From NCBI GenBank assembly GCA_964514375.1, contig CAZEQH010000003.1, positions 12-64,011 on the forward strand: 64,000 nt of DNA. The letters are read 5' to 3'. Both the position numbers and the translations under genes were made by a program. Positions 33,054 through 41,204 of the stretch are shown here, piece by piece. How positions within the stretch are numbered: the stretch's first letter is position 1; the number at the start of each line of letters is the position of its first letter. The notes under the pieces are model-generated. The model saw only the letters and a program-made list of their open reading frames with translations. It searched no databases and had not been told where the DNA came from. Source of the stretch: an uncultured Candidatus Saccharibacteria bacterium. Lineage in GTDB: Bacteria > Patescibacteriota > Minisyncoccia > Minisyncoccales > JANBVM01.

Positions 33054-34655
33054 TTAAAATTGTCCGGGATTGAAAAAAGTACCGTCAACACAATTTCTAT
33101 TCCCTTTAGCGGTGGCACAGCTCCCGCACAGTCCCGTTCCGCATCTGGTCAAAAATTCTATAGAAGAGTATATTTTTTCCTGATTTACGTATTTCCTCTC
33201 TTTTTCTATGGCCGCCCTGACCATGCTTTCGGGACCGCAGTTAAGGCAGTATTCCGGGCCAAAATCCTCCATTACTCTTTCTATTATGTCTGTTACCAGA
33301 CCCCGGCGGCCTGTATCTCCCTTTTCCGTAACCAGATAAACCTCACGGCATACTTCTCTGAATCGCTTTGAATAGGACAAATGTTTCTTATCTTTAGCTC
33401 CCAATACAACAGCCGTATTTCTCTTGTTGTGTTTGGCAAAAAGATAAAGTGCGGCTATCCCGGCTCCTCCTCCCACCAACAAAATCTTTCCTTTAACATC
33501 GGGGGACTTACCGTAAGGCCCCCTAACATAAACCGTGCTTCCTTCTTTCATTTCGGCCAGTCCTCCGGTAAAACAACCTCTTTCTTTAATCAACAAGGTA
33601 AGCGGTGCATCGTCAAACACGGAAAAGGGCTTTTCCCCTTTATCGGGCAGCCATACAAATACAAACTGACCGGGCTTAACCTTTATATCTCTATCCAGCT
33701 CCAGAACAAATAAGTCTTCGGTAAGTTTCTTATTTTTTCTTATGATGCATTTTTTGTATTCCATATCCGGCCCGCCTTTCAAAATATCTTCCGCCTCATT
33801 GGTACCGTTCTCAAAATCCAGGAAGAGTTTATGAAAATATTTCTTAGTATTTTCCGTGTCCAGGCCAGCTAAGGCAGAGCCTATACCGAAGAAATCAGCC
33901 CCTGCTTCCTGGTATTTCTTAACGTCAGCCGCCGTAGTGATACCTCCACAGGCTATTATGGGCAAATCTGTAATCTTTCTTACTTTCTTGACGCATTCTA
34001 TACCTGTTTCTAAGGTCGCTTTCCCGGAAACGCCTCCCATCCTATTGGAAAGGACGTGATGGCCGTCGTGAAGAAGTTCCACGGGTCCTTTGGTGTTGAT
34101 GGCCGTTATTCCCGAGGCCCCTCCGGCGATGGCATACCTTACCGTATCTTCCACAGGCAGGTTGGGGGATATTTTTACGAATACCGGTTTTCCGCAAGAG
34201 GCAGCGGCTTTAGCTAATTTTTTCACCAACTTTTTATCCTGTCCTACGGCTTGGCCGTAACCTTCGGCATGAGGACAGGAAACGTTCAGCTCAAAGCCGG
34301 CGGCATAACCTTTAAGGATTTCCACAATCTCCCCTATTTCCTCTTCCTTGTTCCCGAATATGGAAATCAACAGAAATTTATCTTCAGGGATAGCTATCCC
34401 AGACAATTCCCTGGCGAATTCTTCCGCTCCCGGATTCCTGAGTCCCACCGCGTTCACAAATGAAAAAGGAGCGTATTGGGCAACAATAGGCTCCTTATTT
34501 CCTTCTCTGGCGTTTCTCCCTATGCTTTTGGTGGTAATGATGCCGAGCTCGGGAATCTCTCTGGCAAATTTTTCAATAACGGCTCCTTTTGTTGTGACGA
34601 TACCGGAAGGTATGGTAAAAGGACCGCTGATTTCTTTAGTAAAAATCTTGAACAT
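33054..34655 (-). CDS. Fused dihydroorotate dehydrogenase-like protein: PyrD (class 1B catalytic) N-terminal + PyrK (FAD/2Fe-2S electron transfer) C-terminal
   Basis: The N-terminal half has the TIM-barrel DHOD motifs (ELNVSCPH, GGVSG, GGITTAADV). The C-terminal half has the ferredoxin-reductase fold (GQFVFVW, LLVGGGAGIA) and the CGTGLCGSC cluster motif. Confidence 0.8.
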   Translation of the reverse strand: MFKIFTKEISGPFTIPSGIVTTKGAVIEKFAREIPELGIITTKSIGRNAREGNKEPIVAQYAPFSFVNAVGLRNPGAEEFARELSGIAIPEDKFLLISIFGNKEEEIGEIVEILKGYAAGFELNVSCPHAEGYGQAVGQDKKLVKKLAKAAASCGKPVFVKISPNLPVEDTVRYAIAGGASGITAINTKGPVELLHDGHHVLSNRMGGVSGKATLETGIECVKKVRKITDLPIIACGGITTAADVKKYQEAGADFFGIGSALAGLDTENTKKYFHKLFLDFENGTNEAEDILKGGPDMEYKKCIIRKNKKLTEDLFVLELDRDIKVKPGQFVFVWLPDKGEKPFSVFDDAPLTLLIKERGCFTGGLAEMKEGSTVYVRGPYGKSPDVKGKILLVGGGAGIAALYLFAKHNKRNTAVVLGAKDKKHLSYSKRFREVCREVYLVTEKGDTGRRGLVTDIIERVMEDFGPEYCLNCGPESMVRAAIEKERKYVNQEKIYSSIEFLTRCGTGLCGSCATAKGNRNCVDGTFFNPGQF

Positions 34656-34744
34656 AATTTAGGTTTTATTGATTCTACTCCTTCGGCAAGCTCAGGACAA
34701 GTCACGTCGCTCCCGAGCGACGCGGCAAAAAACCTTTTATTGTG

Positions 34745-35797
34745 TTACTCTTTGCGCTGTAAATCAGTTCCGCAGTCAGGACACTTTAAACTGGAACACG
34801 GCACTCCTCTTTCATGGGGAATCTGATAACCGCATTTAGGACAGGCACACATTCCTCCCGGACCCTTACCTTCCGCCTCCTCTATTTTCTCCTTAAATCT
34901 GCCTTTCCTCTGCCAACCGTACGCCTGGCCGAAAGCCGGCCTGTAAAATCCGGTTTCAATGTCATGGCTTTTAATTTGGATGGCCACGTAAGAAAGATTT
35001 CCAATCTCTTCCATAAGCTCCTTCCTCAGCTTCTCGGAGGTTTCGGCAGCTTCTTTAACCTTCAAATTGCTCGGCAGCTTTATTTCTAAATTGGCGGTAA
35101 CAACAGAGCCCTTCTTCTGCGTTTTAAGAGAGTTTATCTCAACGTTTAGTTTCCCGGCAACATCTCTTATCCTTTTCTCCGTCTCTTCCCCTGCTGAAAC
35201 ATCAAGCAGGGAATCGGCCACGTCTCTCCCTAACGAAAAAGACTCCTTTATAATGTAAAGGCCTATTAAAAAGGCTAAAACCGAATCTGCGTAAATGAAA
35301 TATCTCGTCAGGAACAAACCCACGAAAACCGCCAGAGAAGTAAAGACATCTATCCGGGAATGGAAACCATCCGAGAGCAGGCTGACGGAATTTTCCTCTT
35401 TGCCGAAATGAATTTTTAATCTAGACATCACCTCATTCACTACCGCAGAAAACATCATCATTCCGAAAGCGGCATAGCTCAGTTTTATTTTTTCAAGTTC
35501 AAAAAGGTTTTGGTACGATTCATAAATAATGCCCAAGCCCGTGGCAAAAAGGATTAAAGTTATAACGGCGCCTGCCAGAACCTCGAATTTATAATGTCCG
35601 TAAGGATGTTTCTGATCGCCGGGTTTTTTCGCAACTTTAATGCCGAGATAACTGATAACCGAAGAAAAAATATCCATCAGGGAATGAGTGCCCTCAGCTA
35701 AAATAGCGGCTGAATTAGAAATCAAGCCTACGGTAATTTTACCTGCTGCTAAAACTACATTAGCTGCTATGGAGGCTGCGGCAATTTTCTCCTTCAT
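34745..35797 (-). CDS. Cation diffusion facilitator (CDF) transporter with C-terminal 4-Cys zinc-ribbon tail
   Basis: 6 TM helices with HSLMD and HSRID metal-site motifs, a cytoplasmic CTD, then an extra tail ending CACPKCGYQIPHERGVPCSSLKCPDCGTDL. Confidence 0.85.
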   Translation of the reverse strand: MKEKIAAASIAANVVLAAGKITVGLISNSAAILAEGTHSLMDIFSSVISYLGIKVAKKPGDQKHPYGHYKFEVLAGAVITLILFATGLGIIYESYQNLFELEKIKLSYAAFGMMMFSAVVNEVMSRLKIHFGKEENSVSLLSDGFHSRIDVFTSLAVFVGLFLTRYFIYADSVLAFLIGLYIIKESFSLGRDVADSLLDVSAGEETEKRIRDVAGKLNVEINSLKTQKKGSVVTANLEIKLPSNLKVKEAAETSEKLRKELMEEIGNLSYVAIQIKSHDIETGFYRPAFGQAYGWQRKGRFKEKIEEAEGKGPGGMCACPKCGYQIPHERGVPCSSLKCPDCGTDLQRKE

Positions 35798-35805
35798 TTT
35801 TTTTA

Positions 35806-36666
35806 TTAATTTATTTGACTGATTATTTTCCTGAATAATCCCCGGTATTTGGGATTAACCTCAACCACCGGCTTCATTTTTATCATCGCATCAACAAAGT
35901 CCTTCCTGTAAGGAATCCGGCCGATAACGGGGATTCTATTGTTTTTGGCAAATCTTTCTATTTTAGAACAAAACTTTTTTTCCAGGTCGTATTTATTAAT
36001 AATAATGCCGTGCTTTATCTTAAAATGATTAGCCAGGTACAAAACGCGCTTTAAGTCATGCAAGGCTGACGGAGTCGGCTCCGTTACGCCCGCTATGTAA
36101 TCCGTGCCCACCAAAGAAGCAATCACCGGGCAGCCGATACCGGCTGCAGAATCTATGATTATTGTTCCGGCCTGCAATTTTTTGTTGATTATTTCGGCAT
36201 ACTTTCTGACTTCCGCTACTACTTCCCCGGAGGCAAGCTCTCCTAATTTTAATTCTCCGGAAACAAGATTAACCTTATGATTCCTACCGGTATAAACCGT
36301 TCCTATCTCTTTCCTTGTTTCGGTGATAGCACCGGATGGACAAGCTACAACGCAGGCTTTACAACCGATACAAACATCCTTAATAAAGGCTGGATATCTC
36401 CCTTTTGCAAAAACTATGGCGTTCTGTTTGCAGACTGAGGCGCACTTTCCGCATTTACTGCACTTTGTAAAATCCCACTTGGGTATGGGCTGGTAGACTT
36501 TGGTATATCTTTTCCTCTTTACGGAAAGCATCAAATGGTCGTTAGGGCATTCAACGTCAGCGTCTATCAGCATCACCTTATTATTTCCGGCAAATTCTAC
36601 AGCCAAAGAAACCGCCACCATTGATTTTCCTGTTCCTCCTTTTCCTCCGGTAATTGCAATTTTCAC
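35806..36666 (-). CDS. MinD/ParA-type P-loop ATPase with inserted 2x[4Fe-4S] ferredoxin domain (COG1149-like)
   Basis: Deviant Walker A GGKGGTGKS. CSKCGKCASVC and CIGCKACVVACP motifs. Confidence 0.8.
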   Translation of the reverse strand: MKIAITGGKGGTGKSMVAVSLAVEFAGNNKVMLIDADVECPNDHLMLSVKRKRYTKVYQPIPKWDFTKCSKCGKCASVCKQNAIVFAKGRYPAFIKDVCIGCKACVVACPSGAITETRKEIGTVYTGRNHKVNLVSGELKLGELASGEVVAEVRKYAEIINKKLQAGTIIIDSAAGIGCPVIASLVGTDYIAGVTEPTPSALHDLKRVLYLANHFKIKHGIIINKYDLEKKFCSKIERFAKNNRIPVIGRIPYRKDFVDAMIKMKPVVEVNPKYRGLFRKIISQIN

Positions 36667-36674
36667 GGCCTTCT

Positions 36675-37181
36675 CTACTCGGGCAGAACGCCCAAGGTGT
36701 TATTAAACCTGTTTATATAATTAAAGAGTCCTATTACCGAGACAACTTCTACAATCTGAGCCTCACCAAATTTCTCTTTAAGTTTTTCGAACAGTTCCGG
36801 CTCATCGAGATGGCCGTCCAGCGTCACGTCTTTCACCAGTGCTAAGATTTCCCGCTCTTCCTCGGGTAATTCCTTGATGTCCCCTATCGTCTTTTCATCC
36901 GCTCCCAGTTTCTTCAGCATTTTTTCCGTCACGTCTATGCAGAATGGGCACTTTAGGGTCTGCGAAACCACCAATGCTATTTTCCACTTTAACAGCGGCT
37001 CTATCTTGCCCTGTTTCATTATGGTATTGAAGAGTTCGTTAAATTCTTTTAAAACTTCGGGTCTATGGGCCATGACCTTTGCCCACTCTGGAACCTTTCC
37101 GGTGACCTCCTCAAATTTCTCATATACTTGGCGAGCCGTCTCCTCTGTTTGTCCTTTCTCTAAGGAAGAAATTAAAGCCAT
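36675..37181 (-). CDS. Carboxymuconolactone decarboxylase / AhpD-like family protein (CPFC)
   Basis: 168 aa. All-helical AhpD-like pattern with KCPFCIDV. Confidence 0.7.
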   Translation of the reverse strand: MALISSLEKGQTEETARQVYEKFEEVTGKVPEWAKVMAHRPEVLKEFNELFNTIMKQGKIEPLLKWKIALVVSQTLKCPFCIDVTEKMLKKLGADEKTIGDIKELPEEEREILALVKDVTLDGHLDEPELFEKLKEKFGEAQIVEVVSVIGLFNYINRFNNTLGVLPE

Positions 37182-37361
37182 AAATTTTATTATATGTTTA
37201 TTATATTAATTGAAGGGGTCGTTCTCCTCCATTATTTCTACCCTTTTCTCCATCTCTCGTTTTTCTTCTTCCGAAAGTCCTTCTGTATCTTTTTTTTCTC
37301 TTTCTCTTTTGCTTTTTTCTCCTTGCATACGTCTTTGAATTACATTATTCCATTATTTTTT

Positions 37362-37709
37362 TTAGGATTTGAAACCTTCCGCGTCCGCTTTTTTAATCTT
37401 GCCACTTTCCCATATTTCAAAAATTTCTCTGACCGTTTTTGCTTGGCCGATATAAACCTTAATCCCCAGCTTTTTAGATAAAACTACGGCCTTTGGGCCG
37501 ATGTCTTTACATAACAAAACATCTGCCCCGTGTTCTTTTATCAACTCGGGTGGCAGACCGTTGCCACCCATATCTTCGCTGACATTATCTATAATGTCCA
37601 AAACTTCACCCTTTTCATTAAGAAAAGTGTATGTTTGACAACGGCCGAAATGCTCAGCTACCGCATCCTCAATTCCATTTTTTCCATCCGTTGGAATCGC
37701 TATTTTCAT
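37362..37709 (-). CDS. NifB/NifX-type (dinitrogenase FeMo-cofactor-binding domain family) protein
   Basis: MKIAIPTDG...HFGRCQTYTF...GADVLLCKDIGPKAV is the typical Nitro_FeMo-Co domain. The start is set at the second Met (37709), 1 nt after the upstream stop. The track ORF starts at 37739. Confidence 0.8.
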   Translation of the reverse strand: MKIAIPTDGKNGIEDAVAEHFGRCQTYTFLNEKGEVLDIIDNVSEDMGGNGLPPELIKEHGADVLLCKDIGPKAVVLSKKLGIKVYIGQAKTVREIFEIWESGKIKKADAEGFKS

Positions 37710-37710
37710 G

Positions 37711-38049
37711 TCAATTAATTTTTTTAATCTTTTCGTCAATAAATTCCTGCAAAACTTTCTCTATCGTACCGTCTCCAGCGTAAACGCCTATATCAAATTG
37801 TTTTAATACATCTAAGGCTCTCGGACCAACATTCTTTGTAATCACGGCTTTGATATCTTTTTCCGCCATTAACTGGGCGGCCGAGATACCCGCCTGACCC
37901 AACTGTTTCGCGATTTTATTCTCTATAACTTCTGTTTTTTGAATCTTTCCGTCTTTAATTTCGGCAATGACAAAATAAGGGCATCTGGCGAATACATCGC
38001 TAATGTTATCCGTAAGCTCTTTTCCGGCTGAACTTATTGCTATTTTCAT
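37711..38049 (-). CDS. NifB/NifX-type domain protein (paralog)
   Basis: MKIAISSAG...FARCPYFVIAE...IKAVITKNVGPRAL. Same domain as the downstream paralog. Confidence 0.8.
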   Translation of the reverse strand: MKIAISSAGKELTDNISDVFARCPYFVIAEIKDGKIQKTEVIENKIAKQLGQAGISAAQLMAEKDIKAVITKNVGPRALDVLKQFDIGVYAGDGTIEKVLQEFIDEKIKKIN

Positions 38050-38218
38050 ATTATTTCAATAATTATATTTTAGAATTTAAACATAATATAAATGGCCGAC
38101 TTTTATAATACCCTACATTTTGAATATACACCCATAATTATCGCCAGTCAATAACCAAAAATCACCTTCGGTAGGGAAAGGAGAATTAATCGTTAACATA
38201 CTTGGTATAAGAAATCTA

Positions 38219-38641
38219 TTATTTCCAGCTGATGAGCAGGGCACCGGCTGTTACCAGCACTGCCCCGAGAGCCAACTGCCACGTTAATTTATCTCCCAAA
38301 ATAAGCACCGAGAAAATTACCACAAAAACTATGCTTGTCCTATCTAAAGCCGCCACTCCGGGAGCCGGGCCGTTCTTTAGGGCGAAAAAATAAAAAAGCC
38401 AGGACAAAGCTCCTGCTATTCCGGATAGTACGATAAAAAGAAATGTTTTGCTTTTTATCTCAGAGATGAGCTTGAACTTCCCTATTATCAGGGAAAGTCC
38501 GGTCAGGAACACGGCCATTATCAGGGACCGGACGGTGGTGGCCAAAGTGGAATCAATCTCAGAAACCCCTATCTTACCGAAGATAGCCACCAGGGCCGCG
38601 AAAATAGCCGATAAAATTGCGAATATAAACCAGGTCTGCAT
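38219..38641 (-). CDS. Small EamA-like (DMT superfamily) 4-5 TM transporter
   Basis: 140 aa. A single EamA-type repeat pattern (FAILSAIFAALVAIFGKIG...). Confidence 0.65.
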   Translation of the reverse strand: MQTWFIFAILSAIFAALVAIFGKIGVSEIDSTLATTVRSLIMAVFLTGLSLIIGKFKLISEIKSKTFLFIVLSGIAGALSWLFYFFALKNGPAPGVAALDRTSIVFVVIFSVLILGDKLTWQLALGAVLVTAGALLISWK

Positions 38642-38759
38642 GATGCTTCTTTATCTATGTTAATTTACAAGCAGGTAATGTGCAATAGATAAGGAAGATT
38701 TTATATAAAACAAATAAAAAAGAGAGAGGGCTTTGCCTCTCAAAAAATTTAGTTAAATA

Positions 38760-39125
38760 TTAGAATATCTGGCATTTCGGATACATTTCTTTCGGGTGCC
38801 TCTGGGCGGTCATCTTGTCTTTCCTTAGGGTAAGACTCTGCCTGTTGCTGGTAAATCTTTCGCACCTGAAACCATTTGCATCTACGACTAAAAAAATACA
38901 GCATTTTTCCAATTTCCCCATTCCGCATTTTTCAGGGTCTGCCTTGGGCATCTCCACTTCAATGATCTCCAAGTCTTTAAATTTAGTTCCATCAGCGAAA
39001 TAATCACCTTCGTAATTAACCAGAGCTTCGTCATCCAGACAGCATCCGTAATTATCCGGCACGGTAAAACCGATTTCTCCTGTTCTCTTATTCCTGACAA
39101 TCTTTCCTATAGGTATATAATCCAT
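38760..39125 (-). CDS. Hypothetical Cys-rich protein (121 aa)
   Basis: Clean ORF with 8 Cys, including two CC pairs. No family recognised. Confidence 0.5.
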   Translation of the reverse strand: MDYIPIGKIVRNKRTGEIGFTVPDNYGCCLDDEALVNYEGDYFADGTKFKDLEIIEVEMPKADPEKCGMGKLEKCCIFLVVDANGFRCERFTSNRQSLTLRKDKMTAQRHPKEMYPKCQIF

Positions 39126-39244
39126 TTTTATCTTCTTCCTTTCCTTATTTAATTAGAAGGAGCTTGCTCCTCCTTCCGCTTTTTATCAAAGACAGCCCTG
39201 AAAGTCAAAACCCGGGCCAGGCGCCCAGACTATAATATATGAAG

Positions 39245-39652
39245 TTAATTAAAGGGATTGAATCCCTGTTTGCGTAAATTCTGGTTCGGGAGAAAAAGAG
39301 GTTGGGGAGGATTATTCCAGTCAAACCACCCCCATTCTTCACTTTGGTCCGGTTCCATAACTTTCACTTCCCCATAATCATAATCTGCAATCACAAACAG
39401 AGTAACGTAGTGTTTCCCTTCCACTTCGAACACATCATTAGTAAACGGCCCCCGTCTGGTGTTCTTAATGTGTATGCCGACTTCTTCCAGAGTTTCTCTT
39501 CTCGCGCACTCTTCTATGCTTTCGTTAAATTCCAAATGCCCTCCCGGAAAACACCAAGAACCTTCGCCGTGCGCATTCTTCCTTTTCCCGTATAAAACCT
39601 TCCCGTCTTTGATGATTAATACTCCGACTCCTACGTGAGGTATTTTATTCAT
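39245..39652 (-). CDS. NUDIX hydrolase
   Basis: Nudix box GGHLEFNESIEECARRETLEEVGI. Confidence 0.85.
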   Translation of the reverse strand: MNKIPHVGVGVLIIKDGKVLYGKRKNAHGEGSWCFPGGHLEFNESIEECARRETLEEVGIHIKNTRRGPFTNDVFEVEGKHYVTLFVIADYDYGEVKVMEPDQSEEWGWFDWNNPPQPLFLPNQNLRKQGFNPFN

Positions 39653-39668
39653 ATGTTTGCTTTTTTAT

Positions 39669-40028
39669 TTATTCCGTCCAGTCGAGCTGACTTTCGGAAA
39701 TGTTAAGCGACCTTGCATATTCTTTGATTTTTTCTCTTTCCTTTTTGTCTCCCTTCTCGTATTTAAAAACCTTACCAGGAAACATCAGATAAACCTTGTT
39801 GTCCACTGAAAAGTTGATATACCATCTCGGCTTCAGGACACCGCTTAATCTTTCGGCTGTTTCATCGGCTTCATCGGCCTCTCCTTTAAAATAAACGGCA
39901 GTCCAAACGTCCGGCTGGTAATCGGCAGCGTTCTCAACGTTCCAGGTTTCTGTTTTCACCACCTCCAAATCTTCCAAGACGCTTTCGTCTTTTAAGCTTT
40001 CTTTAAGTAATATGCCTTTGAACTTCAT
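39669..40028 (-). CDS. Hypothetical protein (119 aa)
   Basis: ORF packed tightly between the CYTH and Nudix genes (11- and 16-nt gaps). No family recognised. Confidence 0.5.
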   Translation of the reverse strand: MKFKGILLKESLKDESVLEDLEVVKTETWNVENAADYQPDVWTAVYFKGEADEADETAERLSGVLKPRWYINFSVDNKVYLMFPGKVFKYEKGDKKEREKIKEYARSLNISESQLDWTE

Positions 40029-40039
40029 ATATTATTAAA

Positions 40040-40615
40040 TCACATCTCTTCAAATTTTACTTCCTCGGGGAAAAGCAGCTGGAAGGGGTAGCCGACATAA
40101 TTCCTCTTGATTTTGCCGCACCCCGCTTTTTTCAGGAACTCCACCATTTCTTCGGTCACTTTTTTGGGTTCTATCTCCTTGTCCTTGCCTATGTACTCAA
40201 TCTCCACGAAATCCCCCAGTCCTTTAACCGAGTCCACTGCAATTTCATAATCCTTGTAAGTCCAGATTCTCCTCAGCTTGTCTACTTGCACGAGGGGTTT
40301 GAAGTTGAGCGTACCCAATATTTTTTTGAGCTGGACCAAGTCCCCTATCTCAGTTTCATATTCATCGCAGTAATTGCTCTTGCCGTCTTCGTCATAATGC
40401 CAGTTTTTGTAATTCAGAGAGAATTTGCCTCCCGAATTCCTTAACCTCAGCCACTCCTTTATCGGCCGAACCTCAATGAAACTGCGGTTAGCTGGAGAAA
40501 AATACTCGTCTTTCTGCTGCTTTTCTCCATTGAAATCAGCATTCTTTTCCAAAAGCGCCAGCAAGGGTTGGCTGTTTTCAATTTTTACCTGGATTTCTAT
40601 TTCCACATTTTCCAT
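40040..40615 (-). CDS. CYTH-domain protein (CyaB-like class IV adenylate cyclase / triphosphate tunnel metalloenzyme)
   Basis: An N-terminal E-x-E-x-K-type strand (VEIEIQVKI) and alternating charged beta-strand pattern over about 190 aa, typical of CYTH. Assignment is by pattern only. Confidence 0.6.
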   Translation of the reverse strand: MENVEIEIQVKIENSQPLLALLEKNADFNGEKQQKDEYFSPANRSFIEVRPIKEWLRLRNSGGKFSLNYKNWHYDEDGKSNYCDEYETEIGDLVQLKKILGTLNFKPLVQVDKLRRIWTYKDYEIAVDSVKGLGDFVEIEYIGKDKEIEPKKVTEEMVEFLKKAGCGKIKRNYVGYPFQLLFPEEVKFEEM

Positions 40616-40629
40616 AGTTAGTTCAAGAC

Positions 40630-41082
40630 TTAAATGTTTTTAAATTTTAATACCTCAAAACCTTTTTTAATATAAGCTTTGACGTTGGGAGGATATTCGA
40701 AATCATTAATGTCTTCCTCTGAAATCCACTTAATATCTATTGTGTCTTCCAGTGGCCTTGCCTCTCCTGATTTCCAATGGCACAGAAAAAGCAACATTAT
40801 TACATGATGTCCTGTAGAACGAATAAAAGTGTTATTAGACAGGAGAACGACATCATTATTAATTTCAATGCCCGTTTCCTCCAATATCTCTCTGTGTAAC
40901 GTTTTTTCAATAATATTCCAAACGTTTCCCTCTGTGCGGTCCACTTTACCTCCGGGTATACTCCATCTGCCCGGCTCATGGCTTTCTCCGAAGCTGCGCC
41001 GGGAAATCAAAATCCTACCGTCCTTCTCTACAACGGCATTGACCAACACGATATGCGTTTGGCCTTTTGCTAAATCAGCCAT
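40630..41082 (-). CDS. NUDIX hydrolase
   Basis: Nudix box PGGKVDRTEGNVWNIIEKTLHREILEETGI. Start set at MADLAKG (41082). The track ORF extends to 41142. Confidence 0.8.
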   Translation of the reverse strand: MADLAKGQTHIVLVNAVVEKDGRILISRRSFGESHEPGRWSIPGGKVDRTEGNVWNIIEKTLHREILEETGIEINNDVVLLSNNTFIRSTGHHVIMLLFLCHWKSGEARPLEDTIDIKWISEEDINDFEYPPNVKAYIKKGFEVLKFKNI

Positions 41083-41204
41083 ACTATTCCATTTTAGCAG
41101 AAAATAGTCTGCTGAGTTAAGAATAAAAAAAATGGGTGCCATTAAAAATAAGCACCCTGATTACTTCTTTAAGAAAGGCATCGTATTAAAATTCTTTACC
41201 AATT

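Noticed and set aside
37194-37481. 95-aa plus-strand ORF
   Set aside because: It has a low-complexity Phe/Ser/Leu-rich translation of a pyrimidine-rich spacer, and it overlaps the NifB-like gene on the opposite strand.
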